Source: Tubulanus polymorphus
Lineage: Eukaryota > Animalia > Nemertea
Direction: 5' to 3'
Length of the DNA stretch: 64,000 nt
Assembly: GCF_964204645.1 (NCBI RefSeq)
Contig: NC_134028.1
Coordinates: forward strand, 13,709,653 to 13,773,652
Position 1 is the first letter of the stretch. Every line of letters begins with the position of its first letter. The notes beneath the pieces were generated by a model. That model did not search any database, was not told the origin of the DNA, and saw only the letters and a program-made list of their open reading frames with translations. Of this stretch, positions 1 through 13,902 are shown piece after piece. The translations under genes were made by a program, and so were the position numbers.

Positions 1-115
1 CCATCAGGTTTGAGATTTTTGAGTTTGTCTAAAAGGTCCATATTGTGCCGAATGTGAGAATCAGAAAAAGTACCCAGTGCCGGGGAGTACTTTAGCCAGA
101 TATTTGGACGTAGTT
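1..115 (-). pseudogene. Fragment of a Penelope-like (PLE) reverse transcriptase running off the window edge
   Basis: Minus strand reads SKYLAKVL/PALGTFSDSHIRHNMDLLDKLKNLKPDG with one frameshift. This resembles the PLE RT segment just before the catalytic motif A. Confidence 0.5.
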
Positions 116-3100
116 TTTATTCTGAAGAAATCTTGTTTAAAAGTATTAAGCGTTAAATATTTATGTACCCTGTGTTAAAAGTTTCAGATGGAGAGGCCCG
201 TGTACTTCTTCACAAAAATAGCATTTTGACCTTTCAAGGACATCGGTGTGCAGCAAAGATATACGCGTTACGCTATGAGATTTTCAGGCAGGTGGGGAAT
301 TCGGGTCACCCGGGTCTATAGTCATGAACACTGTACTATAACGTCCAGACATCCATCTAAACGAGTCCATGCTCGTAGGTACCAGGTTTTTAGTATCCAG
401 GCTGCAGGCGAATCATTTGGGTCACCTGCAATGTACTATAACCATAGAAATTTAGCACTGCTATGCTTTAACCAACCAACAGCTGATAGAGTTCATCAGA
501 GCATCCAAACTTTAAATCTCCAGAAAACTATCTACTGTTTCATAAGCAGTGGATGCCATGTATCGCCTTCAGCAACGCAAACATTAAAAAAATGTGACGA
601 TTTTAACAGCTAAATCTGCCAGCGATCACTCGATACCGTTACTTTTCATAGTTGATATCTTAAAAGTGAGATTGAAACAAATCCTTCCTGGATAAAAGGA
701 ACACCTTAAACAGTCACCTAAAACATATTCATAGTCATACAGTCTTGGATAATTACATGCCACATAATTATTTTAGTTCAGAAATCGAAATATTTGAAGC
801 TCGGCTTAAAATAAAAATCCTCCGATATTTAACAAGTGTTTTAAAGAACAATGATATGTTTGATAACAGGGTCGAATGGCTTATTTTGAACATTTCATTC
901 AATTCCAAATTGGCTACATATTTCAGCCTAGATTTCTCACTTGAGACAGGATGATTTGATATTGTTTTAACAATCAAGAGAAATCCCTCCAGAAAATCAA
1001 GACGCGGGGAATATATTTAAGGCAACGTTTCGCCTAAAAAATTGAAAAGTCATTTTGTATTTCTAATATAAAACATGTGCATCATCAGGCCTCATGACAG
1101 ATAGGCTACTACTCAACGGTGAAAGCCCTTAAATTCTGCTGACCTGTATTAATTTGTATTGGACAACAAACGTAAGTGACCTAACGCGGACAGCGATTTT
1201 ATTGTCTGTATCAATAAAATACATAATTAAGCATATATAGCCTTGGTATTTTTCTGCGCAGAAGTGTGTTTGTTGTTTGAGCTAAATGGATGAATGCCAT
1301 CTGTATAACTGAGCAATAATGTTTTAATGCGATAGAGCTACCCCTCCCTCTCCGTAACTTTCAATCAATCTACGGTCCTAAAACGGTTTCGTATCAATAG
1401 ATACATTAGATGTAGATGTTGATTTAATTTCCGATAACAGAAACAATTAGTAGTCGTACTTTTCGGAAATTCAACTTAAGCCAGACTTTTCTAAGTCTGA
1501 GGATTTTTCTTAGTTCCAAACGATTCGACTTGTCACCGAATAACCAAGACCTCAATTCTTGTTATATCTTCGTGTTCATTAGTTAAATCTTATGTACATA
1601 TCCAAGCACGAATCAAGGACTTCGGTAAGAAACAGATTTTGACAAAACTGATTCTGATATATGTCATCTGTGAGGGAAACGAGACATCAAGCTTAATTGC
1701 TGTTCTTGGTTCGACTCTGTTTTCATAGCCATTTAAAACATAGTAGTGCGGACCCGGTAAATCGAACTTCCGTCTTACCGAGTCAACAGGTCATTTTTTT
1801 CAAACTCAAAATAAAATGTTGTTCGCCGCATTGCTCTTCCGGATCGATATTTGAATATTTATTCAAACAAAATGTTTGTTCTGGATATATTTAACATAAA
1901 ACCAGACAGGAGAAAGTTAGACACAATTGTGTATATATGTTGATATTTCCTCTGTTCACAAGTTTACAACTGCTTACATCTGTTTTTATAAATAATTTAA
2001 ACCGTTGTTGACTCCTGACCATCCAACTTGAGTACGTCCACTAACAACCGTCTTGTTTGGTTCTCGCGTGGAAACCACGCATATTTTTTTGTTTATATCT
2101 ACTTGTTAAACTAGACACGACGTAATGATTGACAGTTCAGATAACAGCGTGTTGTTTTGCTGTTAGCGGAAAATTAGTCCATTGTAAATAATTCTTTGAT
2201 TCATAAAATACTAAATCACCCTAATGTAAGGGAATATTCTCCCTACTGAACTCAATTCAAATTGTTTTGCGCCATCGTTGACCTCGAACGATAAATTCAA
2301 TGTAATTTTAAAACGCACTGAAAAATAACCAAAATATAGCGATAAATTTCCGTCAATAAGATTTTATTAATTATGGTATTTAATTGAATTTTAACGGAAT
2401 TCGCCGAAGTTCAAACACCCTTCAACCTAGCAAGATAGCTATATCAGTGCGATTATACATTCCTCTGTCAGGAAGAAAATTTTGGTCAAGCCCATTTTCA
2501 TGTATAGTCAATTAGCACGCTGTCCTTTAAAACTAAGCAACATGTGATGCTCACAGTGTGCAGACTATTTTTGATCAGCGCGCTCAGTGACGTCACACAG
2601 AGCTCCTAAACTATAATGATTCAAAAATTGAACTAAACTCAATGTATCGGTACAAATCCGAACATGTACACGGCCGGTATTTTACATTTGATACCAAACA
2701 CCCGATCATGCAGCGCACAGACCGCACCAACCCGTGAAGTTTCGCCGTTAGTTTCTTATAGTATACATTTGCTCGGACGAAACTTATTTAGTTAACATTC
2801 TAACCGTGTGAATCCCTAGTTTTCGGAATTCTGACATTTTAGGAATTGTGCGCATAAACGCCGCTTTTCAAATAAAATTTGGAATTTAAAGATGATTGTC
2901 GTTTTCTAATCCGTGAATTTGAAACTGTCGTAGGTTATCACTATTATTGCTATAACACAACTATCCTTCATGATTAACAGCATAAATACAGTATCGGGAA
3001 AGGAAACTAACTCCATCCTTTATATTTCAATTCATATTTTGACACAGAATAGCGAACAGTAGGACCTTCTCAAGACGAAATAAAAAACAGATTCTCTCTG

Positions 3101-3194
3101 TCCCCACATCTTCAAAATACTGTTTATTTATGGTAACATCCAATTAAAAACAACCGACTGGAGTTGGGCCAGTAATCGCAAGCAAAGGTCATGC

Positions 3195-3297
3195 AGTGAA
3201 CCGACCTAGGCTACAATATTGTAGCCTCGGTCAGTGTTTACAAAAAAAGTTGTGCCGTGAACCGACCTAGGTTACAATATTGTAGCCTCGGTCAGTG
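3195..3297. repeat. Two ~41-bp direct repeats, each containing a palindrome (AGGCTACAATATTGTAGCCT)
   Basis: GTGAACCGACCTAGG(C/T)TACAATATTGTAGCCTCGGTCAGTG occurs at ~3196 and ~3257. Confidence 0.8.
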
Positions 3298-4812
3298 CTA
3301 ACAGCTGAATCACACGTTCTGCGCAGACCCGCACTGCTAGGTAACAAATTATCTATCATTCCTTTGACCGAAGCATAACCGTTTTCTTTTTTCAGCTTTA
3401 CAATTGATTCCATGAATTTAATAATTCCATTTTCGAATAATAATGTGTTATAACTACTAGCTCTAGTTTATTTATCAAGACATATGTTGCCAGCGTTACC
3501 ATAGTGACAGACGGTGTCTGTTGAGTCTGGACGTATTGCGCCATACTGAATCACCGCAGACATATACCATTTAGTCAGGACGCATTGCAACATATTGGAT
3601 CGCCGCTTTTTCAAAGAACAGACGGCATATACAGGGCACGTATATTTCTATCTTGTAATACAATTCGGAGTTATCAGTTCCAGCTATAAAATTTATATCT
3701 TAATAACAACAAAAAACAGTACTTACATTTAATGTAAGTACTGTTTTTTGTTATTAAGAAATCAGAAAACGGGTTGCTTTAAATATGTTTAAGTGTATTA
3801 ATCTATATTTAACAACAACTCTGTGAATTTGGAGTACTCCGTGTTGTAATAAAGTGAGATACGAGCCACTTCCCAAACTCACAAGCAATGATTTGACTCG
3901 TGCTAAATTTTAGCATAAACCTGGTTTAACTTCAAGTTAATTATATTCTACGCCAGATATCTTTTAGATAACAAAATGAAGACAATTGCCATTTGAATCA
4001 AGAAAGTGATGATGGATGTGGAATCAGAAATTATGGATGTTTCATCTCAAGAGATTGTAGCTGTTTTGTCGTGCAGTATAGATTTTCAATTTGCCGGAAT
4101 TGCAGTCGCGTGTACAATTGTCGTTCGGTCGTTGTTAATGGTGACAGCCGTTCTGTATTAATTGGTTACAGTTCTGTGTTTGAATAATTATATAACTGTG
4201 TATTGCACAATAAGCGGTCATTGATGACCGCTTTTCTATTGTTCTTCGGGCGTTGTTAATGGTAATGACTGTTCTGTATTGATTGGGTACTCTTATGTGT
4301 TTGAATGTTGTAGTTTAGAGAATAAATATATAACTGTGTATTGCGCAATAAGCGGTCATACAGGACCGCTTTTCTATTGTTCTCAATTATTCTATCTTCG
4401 ATTGTTACAATTCGCATGATAAATATATGTGTTTTTGAAATCGGCCAGCATTTTCGTTAAATTACTTTTCAGTTTGAGGATTTAATATCGAGAATACGAA
4501 ATGACTTATCCGGACAATTTAATTGCTCCTATAGATAGACAAACGAAGTGAGATATTTTGAATCCTAATTTAAATAAATAGTATTCAAAATTACATAACT
4601 TCAACTAGCCATTATTTCTATTTTTCAAAATCTAATATTTTCTTATGCAATTCTAATTAACACTAGATTAAATAGATTGTGATAAGATTTGAATAAAAAA
4701 CAATAACTTCAAACAGATAGTATTCTTAGTGTTAACACTAGTATTAACCCAAAGAGGTACTAGTATCATTTTAGAATAAGAATTATATTTTTTCACTTTT
4801 TTGCTAAAATAA

Positions 4813-5393
4813 ATGTCTACGAAATCGAGTAAGAATAATATTGATATTGAAAAGACAATTGAAGATTTAGGTATTACTGATAATAAGGTTATTCCAACCA
4901 AAATTGAAAATAATATTGATAATGAATATATATTACGAGTACTACTTATGTTGTAAGCACCATCTTGAGTTACTAATTGCTAGTGGAAAGTGTAATGAAT
5001 TTATCGGAAAAATTATAACTTTTCAAGAACTAGATTCTATGAAACCAGATAAAGTAATCAAACATTTCAAAATATATGAAGAAGCTAGATTAGCTAGAAT
5101 AAACGATTCTATTAGTGATGGAATAGTTAAATGTTATCCTAAGTTATGTAACCGGATAATACCAATTGATGATGAAAATAAATTATATACTGATTTAAAA
5201 AATGACTACTTAGTCATGAAAGAATAACAAAAATGGGTTGGATACGCTTCATTTCAGTTAGGCAGAATAATGATATTAATTTCTACTGGTGTAATAACAT
5301 TTTCCAATATCAAACCTATAGTATATAAATCAGATAATATCGAAACAGCTATCGAAACAGATATTAAATCAGAACAAAAATTAGGTGAAATAA
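4813..5393 (+). pseudogene. Conserved Polinton-like virus hypothetical protein (copy A)
   Basis: KHHLELLIASGK...MKPDKVI..FKIYEEARLARINDSISDG is shared with 24125-24735. It has a frameshift and an internal stop at ~5225. Confidence 0.8.
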
Positions 5394-5690
5394 ATGAGTG
5401 ATGATGTTAAGAAGAAGCCTAGATCTGGAAAACAATTTATATGGGCAAGGGATTTGGGAAAAAGATCTTCCGAGTTAAAAAAAGCTAAGAAAGATAAATT
5501 AACTGTTATCAATGAATCACCTGTTATTAATTCGAATGATAATCCATCTAATGCTTCTAATACTGGAAGAAATAATTGCTTATATATTACAATTGGGTTA
5601 ATCACAGTAATTATATTCTCTGGCGTAATATATAAATCTAAATTTAATAATAATGACGATAATGATAAACCTTATATACCAGAAAAATAA
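5394..5690 (+). CDS. Small basic protein with one predicted TM helix (copy A)
   Basis: Lys/Arg-rich N-terminus and hydrophobic LYITIGLITVIIFSGVIY. Homolog at 24728-25098. Confidence 0.7.
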   Translation: MSDDVKKKPRSGKQFIWARDLGKRSSELKKAKKDKLTVINESPVINSNDNPSNASNTGRNNCLYITIGLITVIIFSGVIYKSKFNNNDDNDKPYIPEK

Positions 5691-5748
5691 ATCAAAAGAT
5701 AAAATAATTGAAAATAAATCAAGATTATTATTAATGGATTAAAATAAG

Positions 5749-6839
5749 ATGAAAAAAGGACAATATTTAAGAGATTTATATTATAACCCAGAGAGTGAAG
5801 TAACATATTTGAGTGTTTCAGAATTATGGGATAAAATATATTTGATAATGAAAATATGAAATATAGTGAATTAAAATTAGTGGTTACAAAATCAACCAAC
5901 ATATCGAATCCATAAGAAAATGGATAAACATTATTTAACAAGAAAAGTTATGGTTTCATATATTGATCAACAATTGATCAGCAAGCAGATTTAATTTACA
6001 TGAAAAACATAGAAGAATACAATAAAGGTTATTTTTAGATATTAAATGTTATAGATATAATCAGTAGATACGCATGGAGTATACCAATCAAAAATAAAAC
6101 TTGTATAGAAGTAACAAATGCTTTTAAAAATATATTTAAAGAAGCTATTCCAGGTAATATACAATTTGATGAAGGTAAAGAATTTTATAATAAACATTTA
6201 AAAAAATTATAATCTGATGACGATGTGGATTATTTTTCAACACACTCAGATAAAAAAGCATCTATTATAGAAAGATTTAAAAGAACATCGAAAACTAGAA
6301 TGTGGAAATATTTTACTGCTAATGAAACATATAAATATATCGATGTATTAGATGATTTAGTGAAAGGTTATAATAATTCTAAACATAGTTCTATATATAT
6401 GAAACCTATACAAGCTAGAAAAGAAGATAATTCAGAAGTTGTTTGGAACAATTTATATAGAGTATTTGTAACACATGATTTTGGAGAACCTAAATTTAAA
6501 ATTGGACAACATGTTAGAATATCTAAATATCGAAAAAAGTTTTTATAAAGGTTTTACTCCAAATTTTACTGAAGAAATATTTATAATTAAAAAATAATAT
6601 TAGCGAAACCATTTGTTTATAAATTAGAAGATTTAAAAGATGAAGAAATATTAGGTTATTTTTATGAACAAGAATTATCACTTGTAACGAATCCAGATGA
6701 TATAGAATACAAAATAGAAAAGGTATTGAAAACAAAAAATATTAAAGGAAAAAAGTATTCTTTAGTGAAATATAAAGAGTATGATGATGAATTTAATGAA
6801 TGGATTCTATCTAGTAAAATTAAAAGAATAAATGCATAA
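5749..6839 (+). pseudogene. Retroviral-like (rve, DDE) integrase with C-terminal chromodomain (copy A)
   Basis: QADL, IDIISRYAW, IQFDEGKEF, KASIIERFKRT, YNNSKHSSI, FKIGQHVRISK, then chromo-like YKIEKVLK...VKYKEY..EFNEWI. Multiple frameshifts. Confidence 0.92.
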
Positions 6840-7445
6840 AGATTTATTTATATTTGAACCACATAATATGTTAGTAACTGGAGTAACAAATTGTGGTAAA
6901 ACGCATTTCATATTAGATTTGTTAGAAACTATTTATAAAAATCATTTTGATATTATAATATTATTCTGTCCTACTTATGAAATGCATAAAACATATAATA
7001 GGGATATATTTAAGATAAAAAAGTTGATCATATTAAATCCTAAAACAGTAAAAGAAAATTTAGATAATTGTATTGAAATAGCAATTGATATTTATAAAGC
7101 ATCAAATACATTATTCATTGTAGACGATTGTGGAAATTTACATGATTCAAAAGTTAGAGAAAGTGAACAATGCTATTTAGCTTTCTCTGGTTAACATTTT
7201 GGAATAACAATTTGTGTTTTGAATCAAAAATATATTTCGATTGTGAAAGATTTTAGGGAGAATATTAGGTTTTTAGTTTTATTATATATAACACAGATAG
7301 AAAATCAACGCAACAATTATTGGAAGAGAATCAAATTATACCTACTGAATTACATGATGAATATATGAATAAATTAAAAAGTAATACAGGTTCCAAATTA
7401 CTTCTGAGGCTTCAATTTCCATATGAATATAAATTTATAAAATAA
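6832..7445 (+). pseudogene. A32/FtsK-like genome packaging ATPase (copy A)
   Basis: Walker A GVTNCGKT and Walker B FIVDD. The SGRH motif is mutated to a stop at ~7192. Confidence 0.88.
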
Positions 7446-8271
7446 GATATTATAAGTATTTATGTATTAGATACGTAAAAATACATAAATACTCAAAACC
7501 CATGTATTAAATGCGTATTAAATACGTATTTGATACATAAATACTTAAAACCCCTTTTTTAAATGAATATTATTTATACAATTTATTTTACATTTTCAAC
7601 CAAAATATTTTTAATTGTTCAACTTATATATAAATAAGTTTGAAAATAATAAAGGTTATTTATTTTTTATTTTCAAACTTCAATATAAATTTATTTTAAT
7701 TAATACATATTAAATACGCATTAGATACCTTAATACTTAAGACCCTTTTTTTATTAACTATTATTTTATACAATTTTCTACCAATATATTATGTGAGATA
7801 ATTTAAATTACTATCTGAATCACTTCTATTATCAGACGCTAAAACTTCATTTAACCTATTTAATTTATCTAAAACTTTTTCTTATAAAACTTTATCATTA
7901 CTTGTAAATGTATCTTCAATTTTCAATTTCTTAGTACCTTCATTATTATTATAATCAATATGTTTACCTTTAAATATATTTTCTATTGTTGTTCTATAAA
8001 TTCTCTTATACCAACACTTTTACAACATTATTAATATGTACAAATGTATTCATATGATTATTCCAATTTGTTGGGGCGTTTGAAAATTCACCTTTACAGT
8101 AACCACAATAATTTCTATTTTCACTATAATTTAATATTATTTCATATAAGACGTAGAAGGAATAACATTACTATCAATTTCATTACTTAGATTATCAACA
8201 ACACCACTTTTAACCATAGAAGCGATAACATTAAAAACCTCATTTTCTAATGAGTAAATACAGTTTATTAA

Positions 8272-8308
8272 CACGAACGTTTTCGGGATCATATCCCCTC
8301 ATCAGGTG
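8272..8308 (-). ncRNA. Minimal type I hammerhead ribozyme in the PLE pseudo-LTR
   Basis: Minus strand: CAC-CUGAUGA-GGGG(AUAUGA)UCCC-GAA-AACGUU-C-GUG. The core is intact, stem II forms, stem III is palindromic and stem I is CAC/GUG. Confidence 0.85.
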
Positions 8309-8421
8309 AAATACAAGTGAATCAAATGATTAAACTACAGGTTTATATACAACATAAGTTACAAAATTACAAGTGCTAAATTCTAAGCTAATTACAAACC
8401 AAGTATTTAATTACAAACTAA

Positions 8422-8920
8422 TTATTTGAATACATTTAGGATAAAGGATGAGCCGTTTTGAAATAATTGTTGATTTAAAGAGGGTCGTTGCGCTTTAATA
8501 AACAGGGCCTCCCTAATTTTACAGTCGAGATCAGATGAACCTTTGTCTAGAATTTTGAATTTGTTGTTACTGAATTCCTGATCACAAGTGTGACAAATTG
8601 CGAGATGTTGTCCAATCGCAGAAGTCTTTGATCTGTGTTCCTTAATCCTGATGGCCAAATGTCGTTTAGTTTTCCCAATATAGGAAGTGTTTATATCACA
8701 TAAACAATTAAATTTATATATGACTTTAGCCTTCAGCGATTTAGGGGTAGCACATTTCAAAGAGAAAAAATTCTTAATTTTGGTCGTAGTGAATGCACAT
8801 TTCAAGTTGATTTCAAAATTCCTTTTAAATAGATATTTTAATTTTCGGGCAAATAGGATTGACGGGTTACCAATCTACGGTAATGAAATGAATAGATCAA
8901 TTCCATCTTCAACAGGTTTC
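8422..8920 (-). pseudogene. PLE GIY-YIG endonuclease (C-terminal fragment)
   Basis: VIYKFNCLCD..SYIGKTKRHLAIRIKEH, SAIGQH, IREALFIKAQRPSLNQQ. Confidence 0.9.
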
Positions 8921-9217
8921 GGTTCGTGTTAATAAACTGTATTTACTCATTAGAAAATGAGGTTTTTAATGTTATCGCTTCTATGGTTATTCGGATATTT
9001 GAACTCTCTTCCTAAGATCTAACACCACTTTTATTATTATTGATTTCTATTAGTTTAGTTTTATAATTTTTAAAAATAGGATCAAATATCAAAGCTATAT
9101 TACAAGGTATTACATAATATAAGTCATCATTATTTTCATGTTTATCAATGTAAGGAATATGTTTATATACTTTACCTTCATCCATTTAATATATAAATTT
9201 CTATCAAAGTTAAAATT

Positions 9218-10460
9218 CTAATATATAACACTGTGTAATTGAGAATTTGTAATATTTAATTGCGCATCACATATAAAATAAATATGCATTTTGAAATTTT
9301 AACTTCCTTTTTTATTTTCCATTAATAATTCTATTCCATCTTTAGTGTTCTGCAGCTTTTTACCAGAACCACGTAATAAATGATCCTCCGTTGTTCTAAA
9401 TCTAACCATAATGCATATTTATAACCAGTATAATAATCTATTTGATTAATATAACAATTTTCAGATGATTTTATTTTTTCATTCATAAAATGTTTTCTAA
9501 TTTCTGGCCATTGATCAATCATTTTCATTCCTTGACAAAATATTTTATTTGCTATTCCTTGAATTGTTATTTCTATTTTTGATATTTCAGGATTATAATA
9601 ATTATCAACCTGTATTGCACGATTAGAATATGTTGCAATTGTAAAAAATATTAATAAACCTTCAATAGAACTTCTTGGGATGTTGATATTCTCATTAATT
9701 ATTTCATCATTTGCATTAATAGTTACAGTTTTAAATTTATCAATATAATCATATTATAATGAAAATCCTTGATCATACTGAGTTTGAATTATACTTGAAA
9801 TATTTTCATCGGTTACTGTATCAAATTCTAAACATATATTCGATAGGTTATCACCCATACCTTTAACAACGCTAGATAAAACAACTTCATTAACAGGAGC
9901 AAATGTTATTTCGAATATAATATCTTCTTGTAAAACATTTATATGAAGGCGCATTATTATTTAACAATTCAAAATCTAATGGAACTTTATATTTGCTTCC
10001 ATGAATCTTTTTTATCAAATTATCTGCGTACGAGTTACTATTGCGTCATAAGCTCCTGATCTTAATTTATTTTGATTTTCTGATTGGATGCTTGAGGTAT
10101 CATATTATTTCTATTTTCTTTTGTTAACCATAAATCTTTATAACGCTTAAATAAATTATAATCATCTAATGAAAAAACTGTTTCTGGTCCAATCTTTATA
10201 GTTAATTTTTTAATCAAATATCTTCCAACATTATCAACAACATAATTATTATCATGACCAGTTACTTTTATATCAGCTGATAAATGAATGCTATTTGGAA
10301 CATAAAAAGTATTTTGTGTTTATCGAGGAATTCTAACATATAAAGTTTCATCGGGATTAATATTAGAAGGATTATGAGTAATTATATGATGAGATCTTTC
10401 TGCTTTAATAGCATTTGATATTCTAGAATTCTTAGAAGGATTTATATAACTTCCACTCAT
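9218..10460 (-). pseudogene. Putative major capsid protein (copy A)
   Basis: Frameshifted homolog of 28129-29385 (IITHNPSNINPDETLYVRIP, EITFAPVNE, QWPEIRKHF, YALWLD). Confidence 0.7.
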
Positions 10461-12378
10461 TTATTTAAGAGAAAAAATTGATAATTTATTTTTAATCATA
10501 TTCACTAATCCAATAATAATTGCACTCACAACTGTAATTAAAAATAAAATAATAAGCTCAGCAGCAAAGTTAATAATACTTCCTGCAGATTTCAATATAA
10601 AACCAACAATTGATGCAATAATTCCAGGTAAAGCTGCGGCAGATTTTTTAGATACTTCCCATGAATATTTTGCTAATTTTTTCAAACCATCCTTAACATT
10701 ATCTTGTAATGAATTATTACTCGCAGTTGGTTTATCAGTTGGTTTAGGACTTGGTGTAGATTTTAATGAATTTGATATAGCTAAACGTATTGTTGTAAAT
10801 ACCATAGTTACAGATGATAGAATTGAACGAAATGTGATAACTTCTAATTTAAATGATAATTTTATATCTTTCAATGATACTTTAGAAGTTGGGTTTATCA
10901 ACATATCTTTAAAAATAACTTTTAATCTATTAATACAATAATCACATGATTTTTTAAGAATTTAATTTTTTCTTTCTTTACTTCTATTTTATATTTTATA
11001 TGAAACCTTTTTTTTCAAACCATCTTTAACTTTATCTTGTATATAATTATTATTATTCGGTGGTTAATCAGGTGGTTTAGGATTTGGTGTAGATTTTAAT
11101 GAATTTGATAAAGCTAAACCTATTGTTGTAAATACCATAGTTATTGCTGTTGAAATTGAAAGAATTGTTTTACCTTCTAACTTGAATAATAATTTTATTC
11201 TATCTTTTAATGATATTTCAGAAATTGTTTTTATCAACAAATCTTTAATAATAACTTTTAATCTATTAATATTATAATCATATGATTTTAATAATAATTT
11301 AATTTCTCATTTCTGTAATTCTATGTTATATATTAAATCATCAATTTCTTTTTTTAAATATCCATTTCTTTTTTTAAAATTCAATTCCATCAATAGCTTT
11401 ATTATCTCTATCTAACTTTAATTGTTCTATTTCTTTTCTTAATTTAGTTAATTCATATTCTAAAGTATTATTTTTTTATCTCTTATCATTTTATCGTGCT
11501 TAATCTTATCAGCTGATTTTTGTACACCTTTAATTTCTCTACGTGCTTGTTCAGGAAATGTTTCTTAATCTTCTTCAGTTAAACCAAGAATTCCTTTTTC
11601 CAATAAACTTAGTTTTTGATTTATTTCAGTTTCGGTACGAGATGAATATAAAGTACTATTCATCTCTTCTTCTATATCACTTAATCTATCAATTTGTTCT
11701 TCCAATAGTAATTTAGTAATTGACTTGAATCATTATTAATTGGTTGAATATCTATTCTCGATGTTTCTGGTGTTGGAGTTCTTATTTCATCTGTGTACTC
11801 TTCCATTTTTGGTTTTGGATAATCTTGGATTATATCAAATAGTATATTAATTCTTTGATAAAATAATTTTTTAAACTTTTCATTTACTTCTTTTTCTTTA
11901 ATATTTTCTATTTCATTTCTATTATTTATTCTTTTAATTCTAATGTTCTCAAAGTTGATTCTTTTAATAATTGTTTTCCTTATCATAAGTGATATCAATA
12001 TAATATTCACCTTCCAAATGATAATACCATCGACCAGGTTTTAAAATTTTTTATTCATCTGCCAAAGGTCCAACGTCTTTATCATTTATAATGAAATTAG
12101 AATTTTCAATTATACCTTTTAATTTAGGTATTTTGTTTAAATTATCAAAATCTCTTTCTTCTAAATATGAAACTAAAATTTTCAGGATATATTCTATCTT
12201 CAGCATTTCTAACAAAATCATCAGTACCAGACGTATTTAAATTAGAATTATATTCTGGTTTATTATCATAATCAATATTAGTTTCATTAAAACCTGGATT
12301 GTAATCAATATATTCATCATCACTATTTTTCCTTTCATTTAAAGGATCAATATCATAACCTTTCCCACCTTCTGCCAC
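10461..12378 (-). pseudogene. Coiled-coil protein with C-terminal hydrophobic helices (copy A); C-terminal module tandemly duplicated
   Basis: KKSAAALPGIIASIVGFILK...LIILFLITVVSAIIIG. A ~335-bp duplication pairs ~10680-10960 with ~11015-11290. Homolog of 29406-31134. Confidence 0.75.
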
Positions 12379-12389
12379 TTACATAATAA

Positions 12390-13557
12390 AACCAGAAAGA
12401 AACTTTCCATGATGGGTTTCTGTGTAATTGTTTCTGTTTCATTCACCGAACTCGCTGTCAAAAAGGCGATTCTCGATATAAATAGTAATGGGTTTTCCCC
12501 GCGGGATACCCGCTTTGGGAAAGGCACCTGAATCGATGCTACGAGTTCGAATCCCAATATTTAGACGTAATTTATTATTCTTTGAAATAAATTCTTAGAA
12601 TTTCTATTTATGATAGGATGTGCAGGTTTTGATTTGGTAATGATGTTAATAAAAGTTAACCTCTGAAGGTATTGTTTTCTATCTATTATTTGTGACGGAT
12701 TAGTTTCGATGCTCCTCACAACCCACCCCACCACGTGTCACTTATTCACACACGCGGATTGTATCATTTGTAATAGGCCTACCACATGAGAGAGTCCATG
12801 GCCTACCGTAGAATAGTAGGGCCTACCGATCACGCTATGTGCGATGAAAGTAGTGTTTGAATAAAACAAATTTTTAATGAAATAAACATTATTTATCATA
12901 ATTAATCAATACATCAGGTGCCGCCTAAATAATTGTTTGTTTCGTGAAATTTGTACAAAACTTTGCGACTTCGCCATGTGACCCTGTCTTGTGACCCTGA
13001 AAATACTAGAAGAATCATCGGTAAGCTTATAAAACGGCGAGGTCAACATAGTAACAACAACTTCGGGGATTGAAAAAAAAAAACTCGAAAGAATTATTTC
13101 TTATACTGATGAGTTATACTGATGGGGAGTAGCATTGTGACATTGACACCGGTTATTTATCTATTCACTATCAAATGTGACGAGCCCAATAAATGATTGC
13201 GCATAGATTCGGCCTCTCAGCATTTAGCACAGCAGTTCCGAGAAGTGTTAAGACCGATCAGCGCGCGCGCTATCTGAAAGCGGTGCTAGTACGATCAATA
13301 TCTACAGGTATATACGTGTTCAGTATTACACAGCGAGTACCAGTATGTTGATCGAGCGTCGTCGTAGCAACGCGCTATACAGCGGCTTGAACTAGCGAGT
13401 AACGTTAATTATCTTTTAACCAAATTAGAGCACTTATAACCATCGGAATCAAATATAAACCAAGCTGCACCATCTACATCAAGTAGAGAATACCTGTGTG
13501 AAATTACAGAATTGTCGGTCCACACAAACAGCTTAAATCGTGTCATAAAGAAACATC

Positions 13558-13601
<44 letters not shown>

Positions 13602-13646
13602 TGACGACGATGCCATAGATGGGTTCGTCTGACGACGAAACCCATC
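12390..13646. mobile_element. Helentron-associated (HINE/DINE-like) non-autonomous element
   Basis: Subterminal inverted repeat GATGGGTTTC (12411) / GAAACCCATC (13637), a (CAGA)n microsatellite at ~13560-13600, and a terminal hairpin at 13618-13646. It sits in an A-run that is uninterrupted in copy B (~31141). Confidence 0.7.
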
Positions 13647-13657
13647 AAAAATAAAAT

Positions 13658-13902
13658 TTAAAATTTAATATTCCTCCTAATACAATTCCAAATACAAGTT
13701 ATAGCTAATTTAGTATTTTCATGTGATTTACTATCATTATTGGTTTCAATTATTTCATGATGAATATTATCAGTTTTAATATTTTCTGATGTATTGTAAT
13801 CTTTTATTTGGGAATCATTATTTAATTTAATATTCTTAGTTTTAGTTTCAGTCGATTGAATATTTTTTTTAATTTTTTCACCTTCCATTAGTTTTGGAGC
13901 TG
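13658..13902 (-). pseudogene. 3' fragment of the conserved PLV gene seen at 31086-32416
   Basis: MEGEK..IQSTETKTKNIKLNNDS is nearly identical to 31150-31397. Confidence 0.8.

Larger units (their letters stand above)
8213..9020 (-). mobile_element. 5'-truncated Penelope-like retroelement with inverted pseudo-LTR and 13-bp TSD
   Basis: TSD AACACCACTTTTA at 8200-8212 and 9021-9033. 8211-8278 is an inverted copy of 8922-8989. Carries a GIY-YIG ORF. Confidence 0.92.
7789..9185 (-). pseudogene. Variable zinc-finger protein gene of copy A, interrupted by a PLE insertion
   Basis: MDEGKVYKH...LYYVIPCN, resuming after the insertion with YCGYCKGEF..NWNNHMNTFVH. Positional homolog of 26941-28067. Confidence 0.6.

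Noticed and set aside
248-3100. Short ORFs and candidate downstream Duox exons
   Set aside because: No recognisable motifs. The candidate AG/GT-bounded segments I translated contained stops or lacked similarity.
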